Positions 21,678 to 32,332 of a stretch of 64,000 nt of DNA are shown here, in pieces. The notes beneath the pieces are model-generated. The model was given only the letters and a program-made list of their open reading frames with translations. It made no database searches and was not told where the DNA came from. Origin of the DNA: Carpediemonas membranifera BICM (lineage: Eukaryota; Protista; Fornicata); the NCBI GenBank assembly GCA_019828565.1, contig JAHDYR010000013.1, positions 1 to 64,000 on the forward strand, written 5' to 3'. The position numbers and the translations under genes are program-made. How positions within the stretch are numbered: the first letter of the stretch is position 1; every line of letters begins with the position of its first letter.

Positions 21678-22300
21678 TCACTTCTTGGCCCTCTTGATCG
21701 CATCAACGGCCCAGTTGAGTGCGGCCACCACCGTCCCACTCTCGGGCGTCCGATCATCCGTCCACAGGCTCGACGTCGCCATCAGCGTCGAATCCCGCCC
21801 ATCCAGCACCGCGAGCTGCTCCCCGTACGTCTCCTTGAACTCCTCGATGGGCATGGCGCTCTCGATGTCGTGCTTGTTGAGGCAGAGGCAGACTGGCACG
21901 TGGGCGCCAAAGGCCTCGGCGGTGACCACATCCTTCAGCGCAGATAGTCCCTCGGTGATTCTAGACGTGTCTGAGCTGTCCATGACGTATATGAGGGCGC
22001 TGGTCTCAGCGTAGTAGTGGTGCCAGGACTTTCTGAAGTTCTCTTGGCCACCAATGTCCCACAGCTTTAATGCAAAGCCGCGGTAAGAAAAAGCTGCGAA
22101 GTTTTGGCCTAGTGTTGGCATGATGGGCTGAATGACGTTCTGGTGGAACTTGCTGCGGACGTGGTTCAAAAAAGATGTCTTGCTGCGTCAGGACAAGTGG
22201 AAAAGGAGACGAACCCGGCAGAATCGAGCCCTAAAATAGTAATATGGCCAACTGGCTTCTCAAATATGTCGTGGTACACTCGTCTGGTCAGATGGAACAT
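21678..22300 (-). CDS. ARF-like small GTPase; intron 22183-22214
   Basis: Spliced GLDSAGKT P-loop, WDIGGQ, NKHD. Confidence 0.9.
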
Positions 22301-22463
22301 CTTGTCCAGTCTGTGTCACGCAGAATATGGCAAGAGCCTGAAGAACCTCCCTCGCCCACTCTAGACTGCGAGCAGACCCGCCTGGGGTGTTTCGTCATAA
22401 ATATTGCGAGATTTACAGTCGATTGAGTCGAGAACAGTGAAGCATCACAAAAAGCTGTGAGGA

Positions 22464-23130
22464 ATGGTTGTCGATTTCACAAAGATCACCGAGCTCCGTC
22501 CCATCTTCTTCCTGTGTGATATTCAGGAGCGTTTCGCCAAGGCTATGACTAATTGGGATGTTTGTCCGCCCTCCTTCCCCGCTACTCACAAAGATGGTCG
22601 TTGACGGCACTGTGATGATGCTCAAGGTTGCTCTTGAGCTCAAGGCCCCCGTGATTGTTACCGAGCAGTACACCAAGGCGTTCGGCCCCACCGTGGCCCC
22701 CATCCGTGAGGTCCTCGACCAGTTCCCCGAGGGCCTCGTTCACGGCCCCTTCGAGAAGAAGGCGTTCGGCATGCTCACTCCCCCGGTCCGCCAGGCAGTC
22801 GCCAAGCTCTCCCATGATGGCCACAATGCCGCTGTTATCTGCGGCATCGAGACCCAGGTCTGCGTCCAGCAGACGACACAGCGCCTGCACGCCGAGGGCC
22901 TGCTCGACACCTTCATCCCCCGTGACTGCGTCTCCTCCCGCTTCCAGGCGGACAAGGACGCCGCCCTCGACTTCATGAGGGATCTCATGAGACACCGCAA
23001 GGAGGGCGAGGCGGAGATATTCATCACTACGGCTGAGTCACTGGCGTTCAACCTCATTGGCGGAGCAGACCACCCCAGCTTCAAGGCCATCTCGGGACTG
23101 GTCAAGGCCGAGAGACACAGAGAGTACTAA
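22464..23130 (+). CDS. Isochorismatase-family hydrolase (ISOC-like); intron 22560-22593
   Basis: FLCDIQERF, VTEQY, GIETQVCVQQT, HPSFKAISGLVK. Confidence 0.9.
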
Positions 23131-23317
23131 TAAACTTATGCGGTGGTGAGAAAGGGCCTCGCACTCTTAGGGATGCCCAGGGCGCGTGGCCGGACCAAGC
23201 AGTGGCCGGTCAATATGAGGCAATAGTGGCGCTGTGGAGCTCCAGAGAGAGTTCAGGTGGGGTGCCCCATGGACAGGGCCGGGGTTGACTGACACCGCAG
23301 GTTAAGGTCACTCACAA

Positions 23318-23769
23318 TGTGCTATTGAAGGGTCGAACAATGTGTTTATACTGCGCAACACTGCCCTGTCTCCCTCCTACTCACGTCTAAAGTCGGCGAC
23401 TCACATGGGTGAGAACGGCGGGCTCCCAGTCTCCCAGGCTGTCCCACGCATTCTCTCTTGCGTCTGGGCAATTGCTGACGGAGTGGAGACGGTGAGTGGC
23501 CTCATCAGCCACTTCAACGGGGAGTACTCGATGTCGCTCCGCCAGCCTCGCCTCGTGCCGATCGTGCCCATGGCCCCCGTCCGACCGGGCTTCATGGCCT
23601 ACGGTGACACGATGGGCCTACTGAATGATAATTTCTGTCATCGTGTGGGAATTAATCACGCACTCCCACACGCCACCAAACCGTTGACAGAAGAGCAGGA
23701 GGAACAATACCAGAACAACCCAAGGTCAATGGGCCGTCTGCTCAGGTAATGTGTTTATTCTGCGCAACA
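23318..23769. mobile_element. Non-autonomous miniature element (TGT...ACA, 5-bp TSD CACAA), sister of the Fanzor element
   Basis: First 79 bp are identical to 40299-40377; terminal direct repeat AATGTGTTTAT[A/T]CTGCGCAACA at both ends; CACAA at 23313-23317 and 23770-23774. Confidence 0.8.
23405..23749 (+). CDS. Orphan cargo ORF (~114 aa) in the miniature element
   Basis: ATG ORF filling the element interior; no recognisable family. Confidence 0.35.
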   Translation: MGENGGLPVSQAVPRILSCVWAIADGVETVSGLISHFNGEYSMSLRQPRLVPIVPMAPVRPGFMAYGDTMGLLNDNFCHRVGINHALPHATKPLTEEQEEQYQNNPRSMGRLLR

Positions 23770-23805
23770 CACAACATTTCTGCGAGAAAGAACCAACCTT
23801 TCTAA

Positions 23806-24348
23806 ATGAAACAGGCGAACAGGCATCCTGCCTCGCCACACAGACAGCGGCCACCGCAAGTGAATCCTTGGAAGCTCAGGAATACCGGGGCGAAAGCTAC
23901 GAAGCTTCTTAACGCCGGCTACAAGAAGTCGGAGGTGTGCCGGATCCTGGGGATCAACGAGGACTACTACGACACTATGATGGACCCCAAGGGCAGGAAT
24001 AAGCGTAACAAGATGCTCCGTCGTGCGAACAAGCTTTCTCAACAGTCTCGTTCTGTCGTGTTCAATCCAGACACGAGCGTCCGCCTCCCCAAGACCAAGA
24101 GCGCGCAAAACCTGTCTTTATCAGCTGTTTCATCCCTATCAGAGCTGCAGACCATGTCCGCGTCGATGACTTCGCTGCCCAACACCGTGGATCAGTCGTT
24201 CGAGGTCCAGCTCAAGGAACTGAGGATCGTTAGGCAGCACGGGTACATCGACCGGCCTCGCAGTCACAGAAGGCGCCGGCGCAAGCAGCGTGGCCCCGTC
24301 CGCCGGCTCATGCGGTGGATGCGGTCCTTCTTCCGCCTCATACCATGA
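23806..24348 (+). CDS. Hypothetical basic protein
   Basis: 180-aa ATG ORF. Confidence 0.6.
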   Translation: MKQANRHPASPHRQRPPQVNPWKLRNTGAKATKLLNAGYKKSEVCRILGINEDYYDTMMDPKGRNKRNKMLRRANKLSQQSRSVVFNPDTSVRLPKTKSAQNLSLSAVSSLSELQTMSASMTSLPNTVDQSFEVQLKELRIVRQHGYIDRPRSHRRRRRKQRGPVRRLMRWMRSFFRLIP

Positions 24349-24513
24349 CGGGGCAGTGTGTAGGGGATAAGAGAGCCGTAGGAGAGTTATGTATGGCTAT
24401 CGCGCAGTAACTGACACAGCGGGGCATAAACTGCGTGAAGACGACGAGAAATTGTTTCTCTGTTCTCGTGGACGATCAAGGTCTTCTAGTAGCATTCCCA
24501 CAGGTCAAATTTG

Positions 24514-25143
24514 ATGTCAGGTGCAATTCATAAGACAAAGAAACCACAGGGTCGGAAGAAGACCCGCTTTTACTGTGAGTTGTGCAAAAAGCAGTGTAAC
24601 GACGCCAATGGCTTCAAATGTCACACTGAGACTGAGCACCACAAGCAGATGCTTCGCGTCTTCTCCGAAAACCAGGATGCGTACCTCCGCAAGCTCAGCG
24701 GCAAGTTCCACGGCGGCATGATGCGGATCATCTCGACCCGGTACGCCCGCACCGCTGTGCTGATGAACACGGTGTACAACGAGTACATAGGGGACCCACA
24801 CCACGTCCATATGAACGCCACCCGGTGGACCTCGTTGTCGGGCTATACCCAGTGGCTCGCGTCGATCGGTATGGTATGGGCCGAAGAGAGGCCCGAGGGA
24901 TGGTATGTGCGGTACATCGACAAGGACCCGACTGCCACTAAACTGCGGCTGAAGGGGGAGGAGCGCGAGAAGGCCAGGGCCAGGGCTGAGCGGGAGGCCC
25001 GGGCAGAGATGGAGGAGCAGCGGCTAGTGGAGGCGGTGGAAGACATCCCGGAAGCTGTGGTGGAGGCAGCTGTGGAAGCGCCCAAAACAATCAAGAAAGT
25101 GCTGAAGCGCGGCAAGAAGGAGAAGAAGGAGGTGCTTTTCTGA
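24514..25143 (+). CDS. KIN17: KIN17 DNA/RNA-binding protein (short form)
   Basis: RFYCELCKKQCNDANGFKCH, VYNEYI...HVHMNATRWTSL. Confidence 0.93.
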   Translation: MSGAIHKTKKPQGRKKTRFYCELCKKQCNDANGFKCHTETEHHKQMLRVFSENQDAYLRKLSGKFHGGMMRIISTRYARTAVLMNTVYNEYIGDPHHVHMNATRWTSLSGYTQWLASIGMVWAEERPEGWYVRYIDKDPTATKLRLKGEEREKARARAEREARAEMEEQRLVEAVEDIPEAVVEAAVEAPKTIKKVLKRGKKEKKEVLF

Positions 25144-25374
25144 GAAGTGAGGGAATACATTTATGAACAGGGCCTCACGTTTCGATGTTTTTTTACGTGA
25201 TTATTAAACCAGCTTGTGAGGAGGGTGGGGACGACGAGGAGATGGCTCAAAATGTCGTAAAAGCTGGTGGCCGAGTGGATATTGCATCGGGTGTGGCTGC
25301 TCATGCCATGCTATGGTCCAAGCAGGCTTGAACTCTTCTAGATTTGATGAGATCAAAGCTCGCTTGAAGCGAGG

Positions 25375-26559
25375 ATGTCGGAGCTCCCTCAGCTTGCGCA
25401 GGGCTTCTTGCACGAGTTGTGTAAACACTCTCCTGATATCTCGAAGCTTTTTGCCGCTCAAGATGATGTTCTTACGGGACTTGTCGCCTCGCTAAAAGGC
25501 CCACAGCCCACATCTCAAGGAATAATGGCTCTTGCTTCACTTTGCCGCAGTTCCAGTGATGCTGCGATGAAGGTTCTTGATTCTGATGCCGTAGAGACCC
25601 TGATCGCGCTCGTCGGGTCTAATGACGATGCCGCTGTCCAAGTCTCGGCCATCCAGGTCCTCACGGGCATTGTCGCCCACTCCGAGGAGCACGCGAAGCG
25701 TCTGATCGCCCGTGTCTCCCAGGACCGGCTCGCCACGCTCCTGGGCCGCATCCTACCCGGGTCGAGCAAGCCGCCGTCGCCCACGGCCCCGCCCAGGCCC
25801 CGGCTCTCAGTCCACGAGAGCGTGTCCAACAAGCTGATTGACTCTCTGGGCCGGACCCCTGCCCCGAGCACCCCCTCGACCCTCCGGACCGTGGTGCTGC
25901 ACACGGGGCCGATCAGGGCGCTCACCACGGCGAATAACACGAGCGAGGATGAGGAGGAGGAGGCGAAGGCCGCGTCCGAGTCGTACTCGTACTACTCCTA
26001 CGACTCGGACAGTGACTCTGACTCCGAGTCTGACTCTGACTCTGGTGATGAGACACCGGCGTCGAAGGTCAACCCGACGCCCACTCTGATCCCACAAGTC
26101 CCACCGTCACCCCCTCTTGCCCCAGCCGAGCCCATTACCGACAATACCCAGGTCACGGGCCCGAGTCAGAGCTCACAGTCCGAGGCCACCCTGCCCCCGA
26201 GGCCCGTGAAGCGGAAGGCGCCCATGGAGCCCGTTGTCCAGCGGAAGCGGGTCGAGACCAGCTCGAGTTCGGAGTCCGATGAGCCGGCGGCAGATCCCGT
26301 CCCAGCCCCGGCCCCCGCCCCCAAGGTCACACCGGTACCGACTAAGCGGTCCAAGTCAAGTGACTCTGACTCCGACTCGGGCTCTGAGTCTGACGGTCTG
26401 GCTGATATGATCGCCATGTCTGGGCGGAAGGAGGCGGTCCAGGTCGGCCCAACCCCGGCCCAGCGTAGGGAGGCGGCCCGGCTGATCAAGCGAACCCGGA
26501 GCCTGGACGAGCTGCACCAGAGCCGGCATCTGATCCAGACCCTGGCGAAGGAGGGGTAG
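25375..26559 (+). CDS. Armadillo-like N-terminus plus Ser/Asp/Pro-rich disordered region
   Basis: ALASLCRSS...AVETLIALV...AIQVLTGI. Confidence 0.7.
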   Translation: MSELPQLAQGFLHELCKHSPDISKLFAAQDDVLTGLVASLKGPQPTSQGIMALASLCRSSSDAAMKVLDSDAVETLIALVGSNDDAAVQVSAIQVLTGIVAHSEEHAKRLIARVSQDRLATLLGRILPGSSKPPSPTAPPRPRLSVHESVSNKLIDSLGRTPAPSTPSTLRTVVLHTGPIRALTTANNTSEDEEEEAKAASESYSYYSYDSDSDSDSESDSDSGDETPASKVNPTPTLIPQVPPSPPLAPAEPITDNTQVTGPSQSSQSEATLPPRPVKRKAPMEPVVQRKRVETSSSSESDEPAADPVPAPAPAPKVTPVPTKRSKSSDSDSDSGSESDGLADMIAMSGRKEAVQVGPTPAQRREAARLIKRTRSLDELHQSRHLIQTLAKEG

Positions 26560-26642
26560 CGTGGGGCGCATGTAAATACTAGCGGTTGGTAGTCTAATCA
26601 TTTGATTACCGCTGCTGTGATGAAGTTCCAAGCCCAGCAACA

Positions 26643-26724
26643 CGGATGTTTACAATCAGCACCTCAACGGCAGAACTTCTTCTACCCCAACGGCAGTGTC
26701 TCCACCATGGCCACCGCACTTTAA
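26643..26724 (-). repeat. Dispersed ~80-bp structured repeat, copy A
   Basis: Reverse complement matches 52773-52855 and 54646-54721. Confidence 0.9.
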
Positions 26725-26748
26725 GAGATAGTGACATGCCGGCAAACG

Positions 26749-27681
26749 ATGGAGGACTTCCTGAGACAGATCAAATTCCTCTCCAAACCAGTAAATCTCC
26801 TTGAATTTCAGTGTGAACGCTCGTGGTTATCACTCATAGTGCTTCTTCCGCTTTTTGCAGTCGTCCAGCAGCTCCTACTCAGCACAGGCAAGGTCCTGGC
26901 GCATTTCCTCCCTTTAGAACGTAAGAAGTACGGCAAGTTCTCGGAGTCCTTTGCCTTTTTCATCATATACTCGACGTACGTCATTATCAACACAACCATC
27001 CTCTTCCAGGACGGATCCCTCTTCGACCACGAACGCCAGTGGACGAACCTCTTCGATCTCGAGACCTTCCTTCGCTCGGAAGAGCGTATCCGCATTGTTG
27101 AGCTCTGCCAGTTCTCGTACTACGCCGTCTCGATGGTCCGAATGTTCCTCAGCGAGCGCCGCAAGCACCGCGACTTCCCTGTCATGCTCATCCACCATGT
27201 AGTGACCCTCGGCCTCATCCTGTTCTCCTACCCCGACCCATTCTACCACCGCACAGCCATCACGATCATGCTCGTTCATGACGTCTCTGACGTCTTCCTC
27301 GAGGGCTCCAAGATGCTCGTCTACTGCGGGCAGGGTCTGTCTGACTGCACATTCAAGGTCTTCGCTGTGGTATTCCCCCTCTCTCGGCTCGTGCTCTACC
27401 CGTACTTCTGCGTCTTCAACTATATCCTGCACTCACCCTCCGTCGCCGCAGAGTTCAAGGGTCACCCCGCCCTGCACCCGGGCGACGAGAACTACAGGAG
27501 GCCCGGCTGCACCCTCTTCCTCTGCACCCTGCTCGTGCTCCACCTCTACTGGTTCGCCCTCATCGTCAAGATGTCCATCCCATCGTTCATGGTGAAGCAC
27601 ACAGAAGGGGATATAAGGTCGCCCGAGCAGCAGGCCCGACTGCAGACAGAGTCTGATGCGGTCAAGACCAAGTGTGAGTAA
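26749..27681 (+). CDS. Ceramide synthase (LAG1/TLC domain)
   Basis: Lag1 motif RDFPVMLIHHVVT...VHDVSDVFLEGSK. Confidence 0.92.
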   Translation: MEDFLRQIKFLSKPVNLLEFQCERSWLSLIVLLPLFAVVQQLLLSTGKVLAHFLPLERKKYGKFSESFAFFIIYSTYVIINTTILFQDGSLFDHERQWTNLFDLETFLRSEERIRIVELCQFSYYAVSMVRMFLSERRKHRDFPVMLIHHVVTLGLILFSYPDPFYHRTAITIMLVHDVSDVFLEGSKMLVYCGQGLSDCTFKVFAVVFPLSRLVLYPYFCVFNYILHSPSVAAEFKGHPALHPGDENYRRPGCTLFLCTLLVLHLYWFALIVKMSIPSFMVKHTEGDIRSPEQQARLQTESDAVKTKCE

Positions 27682-27828
27682 AGGGCGTCTGGAGTCTGGC
27701 TGACAAGGGTCCTAGGTGGAGAATAGCGGCAGTAGCATGCATACAGTGCGTCCATGGGTTGTACATCCCCTTGATCGCCCAGTTCATGCCGGTTAAACTG
27801 CCCGACTCAGAAGAGCAGCTTGCGGCCA

Positions 27829-29220
27829 ATGTCCTCTGTAGCAGACGTTCCTGCCAAGCCAATTGATACATCTAAGTGGCCTCTTCTTCTGAAGAACTAC
27901 AGTGATCTTCATGTCCGGAGCAATGACTTTAAGCAGCTCAAGCAGGGATTTAACCCCCTTAAGCGCCCTCTCAAGGAGCACATGCGCTATGGCGTGATTA
28001 ACCTCGACAAGCCTTCTAACCCCTCTTCTCACGAGGTAGTTTCCTGGATCAAGAGGATTCTGAAGTGCGATAAGACTGGCCACAGCGGTACCCTCGATCC
28101 CAAGGTTACTGGCTGCCTCTCCGTCTGCATTGACCGCGCCACCCGTCTTGTGAAGTCCCAGCAGGGTGCTGGCAAGGAGTACGTCGCCGTTCTTTCCCTC
28201 CACGGCAAGATTTCCGGTGTCGACGCCCTCAAGCGCGCTCTGAACGAGCTCACCGGCACCCTGTTCCAGCGCCCCCCTCTCGAGTCCGCTGTGAAGAAGG
28301 TCCTCCGCATCCGTACGGTCTACTCCATCGACCTGCTCCAGTTCGACGGTGAGCGCCAGCTTGCTGTCCTCAAGGTCTCCTGCGAGGCCGGCACCTACAT
28401 CCGTACCCTCTGCGAGCACCTGGGCCTCCTCCTCGGTGTTGGAGGGCACATGCAGGAGCTCCGCCGTATCCGTACAGGCCACCTGACCGAGAAGGACCGC
28501 CTCGTCACAATGCACGACGTCCTCGACGCCATGTGGGCCTACGAGAACAAGGGCGACGAGAGCTACCTCAGGCGCGTGGTCATGCCCCTCGAGGTGCTGC
28601 TCACAACGTACAAGCGCCTCGTCATCAAGGACACCGCCGTCAACGCCATCTGCTACGGCGCCAAGCTCCTCCTCCCCGGCCTACTCCGGTTCGACGAGGG
28701 CATCGAGGCCGGCGACCAGGTAGTGATCATGACAACCAAGGGCGAGGCCGTCGCCGTCGGCGTGGCCCAGATGAACACGGTCGGCCTGGGCACGGCCAAG
28801 GACGGCAAGGGCGTGGTGGCCCGACTCAAGCGGGTGATCATGGAGCGGGACACGTACCCCAGGGAGTGGGGCAAGGGCCCCGTCGCAAAGATCAAGCAGC
28901 AGCTCGTCAAGGAGGGCAAGCTCGATAAGTTCGGCCGCCCCAACGAGAACACGCCCGAGAACTGGCAGGACGCGTACGGCCCCCTGCACGTCAGGGGAAC
29001 CGACGTCGAGGAGAACCCCGCCCCTGCTGCCGCTGTGCCTGTGCCCCAGCCCGTTGCCGTGAAGCGGAAGGCCGCTGAGGTCGAGGAGCCCGTCGTGGAG
29101 AAGAAGGAGAAGAAGAGCAAACACGAGGGCGAGACCAAGGAGGAGCGCAAGGCACGGAAGGCCGCCAAGAAGGCGAAGAAGGAGGCCAAGGCCGCGAAGA
29201 AGGCCGCGAGAGTTGAGTAG
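27829..29220 (+). CDS. CBF5: H/ACA pseudouridine synthase Cbf5/dyskerin
   Basis: [34 protein letters not shown] domain, Lys-rich tail. Confidence 0.98.
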   Translation: MSSVADVPAKPIDTSKWPLLLKNYSDLHVRSNDFKQLKQGFNPLKRPLKEHMRYGVINLDKPSNPSSHEVVSWIKRILKCDKTGHSGTLDPKVTGCLSVCIDRATRLVKSQQGAGKEYVAVLSLHGKISGVDALKRALNELTGTLFQRPPLESAVKKVLRIRTVYSIDLLQFDGERQLAVLKVSCEAGTYIRTLCEHLGLLLGVGGHMQELRRIRTGHLTEKDRLVTMHDVLDAMWAYENKGDESYLRRVVMPLEVLLTTYKRLVIKDTAVNAICYGAKLLLPGLLRFDEGIEAGDQVVIMTTKGEAVAVGVAQMNTVGLGTAKDGKGVVARLKRVIMERDTYPREWGKGPVAKIKQQLVKEGKLDKFGRPNENTPENWQDAYGPLHVRGTDVEENPAPAAAVPVPQPVAVKRKAAEVEEPVVEKKEKKSKHEGETKEERKARKAAKKAKKEAKAAKKAARVE

Positions 29221-29367
29221 GTAAACATGCGGGAATATGGCTTCAGTGGGCCTTGCGGGGAGGGGTCATGCGCCCCAGTGCTGCTTGATCCTCACGATCA
29301 CGGGTTTAAAACTGCGTGACTCCAGACAGCGTCGAATACGCCCGCAACGAGGACATAGACCAACTGT

Positions 29368-30912
29368 ATGCCTAGCAAGCTATATGAGTTACTCACAGAC
29401 ATGCTTGTCTGGCTATTGCCTGTGCAGTGGCTTCGGAACTTCATTCGCTTCGTCCTGTACGGCTTCCGCGATCCCTCTCGCCAGTCTCGCGGGCGCATGC
29501 GTTCAGAGCTACCAGTTCCAGTTTCAATACGCCGTCCCGAGCCCAACAAGGTGAAGCTAGCCCTTGACATCGGCGGCTCCCTGGCCAAGCTCGTCATCTT
29601 CGTCCCGAATGACTTGAGGGCAAAGCTCTTCCCGTTCACGTACGACGAGGACAGCGCCACCTACACCCCCGACTTCTCAGCGTGCCAGCGCCTAGGCATG
29701 GCCGACTTCCGTGAGGACCCCTCCATTGAGGCAGACCTGACCATCGAGAACAGCGAGGTGCTGGGTGGCTCTCTCTACTTCGCCCAGTTCGAGACCAAGT
29801 CCGTGTCTAAGTGTCTGCTGTTCATCACCAAATACCAGCTCCACCGTCTCACGTCCGAGTCCTTTGTCGATAGTCTCGACGACATCGCCGACTCGCCCCT
29901 CCACGCCACCGACCTCGAGGCCAGCGAGCACATCGACACGCTGTACAAGGGTACCATGGGGCCCATCTGTGCCACCGGAGGGGGTGCGTTCAAGTTCGAG
30001 GCAGACATCATGTCCACCGCCTCGTGCACACTTGCCCGGTGTGATGAGATGAGGTCCCTCATCACGGGCCTCAACTTCGTACTCAGGGCACTGCCCACGG
30101 AGAGCTGGATATATCTTGGCACGCGATACGACCGAGAGCAGCCTCGCCGGTCAATGCCGGTCGACGACACGTTATTCCCGTATTTACTAGTCGGCATCGG
30201 GTCGGGTGTCTCCCTCATCCGGGTCGACGGGGCCGACTCGTACCGTAGAGTCGATGGCACGTCGCTGGGCGGGGGTCTCTTCGTTGGCTTGTGTAGAGCG
30301 ATGACACAGGCCAAGACCTTCGATGAGATGCTCGACCTTGTGAGCCGGGGGGATAACAGGAACGTCGACATGCTGGTCAAGGACATTTACGGGTCTGGGT
30401 ACGGCAAGATCGGGCTCTCCCCGGAGACCATTGCTGCCTCCATGGGAAAGGCGACGGGCGACTCGTCGGAAGAGGACCTGGCGAAGTCTGCCCTGATGTT
30501 GGTCTGCCTCAACATCGCCCAGATCGCATACCTCAACGCCGAGCGGCACGGCGTCCGAGATATTTACTTTGGCGGTCATTTTGTTAATAACAACGACGTC
30601 GCCATGGCCACGATCTCCGCCGGCATCGAGTACTGGTCCACTGGCCAGGTCTTCGCTCGTTTCCTCCGTCACGAGGGCTTCCTGGGCGCCATCGGCTCCC
30701 TCGTCGTCCCCACCGAGCCCGCCCGACCCCGGGGCATGACTCGGTCGCTGAGTCAGAACTTCGTCAAGCCCTTCCCTCCCTTTTTATCCGGCATTGATCT
30801 TTTGAACACCAGTGCCGACGTGAGTGAGGATGACGACGACAGTGTCAGTGCAAGCGTCCTGGGGTCTCTGCGATCGTCGGTGGCCAAGGAGTGGGAGCAC
30901 CAGGAGGAGTAG
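29368..30912 (+). CDS. PANK: Type II pantothenate kinase (fumble family)
   Basis: LDIGGSLAK, ATGGGAFKF, GIGSGVS, FLRHEGFLGAIG. Confidence 0.95.
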   Translation: MPSKLYELLTDMLVWLLPVQWLRNFIRFVLYGFRDPSRQSRGRMRSELPVPVSIRRPEPNKVKLALDIGGSLAKLVIFVPNDLRAKLFPFTYDEDSATYTPDFSACQRLGMADFREDPSIEADLTIENSEVLGGSLYFAQFETKSVSKCLLFITKYQLHRLTSESFVDSLDDIADSPLHATDLEASEHIDTLYKGTMGPICATGGGAFKFEADIMSTASCTLARCDEMRSLITGLNFVLRALPTESWIYLGTRYDREQPRRSMPVDDTLFPYLLVGIGSGVSLIRVDGADSYRRVDGTSLGGGLFVGLCRAMTQAKTFDEMLDLVSRGDNRNVDMLVKDIYGSGYGKIGLSPETIAASMGKATGDSSEEDLAKSALMLVCLNIAQIAYLNAERHGVRDIYFGGHFVNNNDVAMATISAGIEYWSTGQVFARFLRHEGFLGAIGSLVVPTEPARPRGMTRSLSQNFVKPFPPFLSGIDLLNTSADVSEDDDDSVSASVLGSLRSSVAKEWEHQEE

Positions 30913-31078
30913 GCGGCTATTATGATTATGATTATGGTTATAAATCGCAGCTTTTGGGCATGGGGGAGGTAGAGCTGGTCTTGACCCAAGGGCCCCTGGC
31001 AGCTGCAAAGTCGTGGTGCAGTTTAGACCAGGTCAGAGCGTCTCGTGGCACCTTGTCGCAAAACCGGGCAGCACAACA

Positions 31079-32332
31079 ATGCTTAGCAATACCACTAATG
31101 CGGCCAAGAATGTCATTCGTCCTATCTACTTGGACTTCCAGGCGACAACTCCTCTTGATCCCCGTGTTTTAGACACCATGATGCCCTTTCTCACTGAACA
31201 ATACGGCAATCCCCACTCACGGACGCATACCATGGGATGGGAAGCTTCTGAGGCCGTCGAGGATGCCCGCGCGCACATTGCGTCGGTTATCCACGCCTCT
31301 CCCAAGGACATTGTCTTCACCAGTGGTGCTACGGAGTCAAACAACATCGCCATCAAGGGCGCAGCACTTCAGGCCGAGCGCAAGGGCCGCAAGCACATCG
31401 TCACGACCCATCTCGAGCACAAATGCGTCCTTGAGTCTGTCCGTTACCTCGAGGCCCGCGGCTTCGACGTGACCTACGTCCCCGTCGACGACCAGGGCAT
31501 AGTAGACCCTAACGACCTCAGGGAGATCCTCGAAAAGCGCCCTGACACGGCCCTTGTCTCTGTAATGGCCGTGAACAACGAGATCGGCGTCATCCAGGAC
31601 CTCGAGGCCATCGGCACCCTCTGTCGCAAGCACGGCGTAGTATTCCACACCGACGCGGCCCAGGGCTTCGGTAAGATCCCCCTGGACGTGGTCCGCCAGC
31701 ACGTGGACCTCATGTCGATCTCTGGCCACAAGATCTACGGCCCCAAGGGCGTCGGTGCCCTCTTCGTCGGCCGCAGACCTCGCATCCGCCTCGCCCCGGT
31801 CATCTCTGGCGGCGGGCAGGAGCGTGGCATCCGCTCTGGCACTGTCGCGACGCCCCTTGCTGTGGGACTGGGGCGGGCGGCGGAGCTAGCCGAGGGGGAA
31901 ATGGACCGCGACCACAGACACATCTCAAGCCTCGCGGACAAGCTGTGGACGGGCATCCAGCGCCGTATCCCGCATGTGACTCTGAACGGACACCCTACCA
32001 AGCGCTACGTCGGCAACCTCAACGTCTCGTTCTCGTACGTCGAGGGCGAGTCCCTTATCATGGGCCTCCACGACGTCGCCGTCTCCTCCGGGTCTGCCTG
32101 CACCTCGGCCTCTCTCGAACCGAGCTACGTGCTGCACGCGCTGGGTGTGCCCGCTGACCAATCCCACACGAGCTTGAGGATGGGGCTCGGGCGGTTCAGC
32201 ACCGAGGATGAGGTCGAATTCACACTCGAACATCTGGCAGGTACGGTGGGGCGGCTGCGGGAGCTGTCGCCGTTGTACGAGATGGTCCAGGAGGGCATCG
32301 ATATCAGCCAGATTAAGTGGGCTAGCCACTAG
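31079..32332 (+). CDS. NFS1: Cysteine desulfurase IscS/Nfs1
   Basis: PIYLDFQATTP, SGHKIYGPKG, SSGSACTSASLEPSYVL. Confidence 0.98.
   Translation: MLSNTTNAAKNVIRPIYLDFQATTPLDPRVLDTMMPFLTEQYGNPHSRTHTMGWEASEAVEDARAHIASVIHASPKDIVFTSGATESNNIAIKGAALQAERKGRKHIVTTHLEHKCVLESVRYLEARGFDVTYVPVDDQGIVDPNDLREILEKRPDTALVSVMAVNNEIGVIQDLEAIGTLCRKHGVVFHTDAAQGFGKIPLDVVRQHVDLMSISGHKIYGPKGVGALFVGRRPRIRLAPVISGGGQERGIRSGTVATPLAVGLGRAAELAEGEMDRDHRHISSLADKLWTGIQRRIPHVTLNGHPTKRYVGNLNVSFSYVEGESLIMGLHDVAVSSGSACTSASLEPSYVLHALGVPADQSHTSLRMGLGRFSTEDEVEFTLEHLAGTVGRLRELSPLYEMVQEGIDISQIKWASH

Noticed and set aside
26578-26730. Helitron interpretation of repeat copy A (TC start, hairpin plus CTAG end)
   Set aside because: Copies B and C lack equivalent ends
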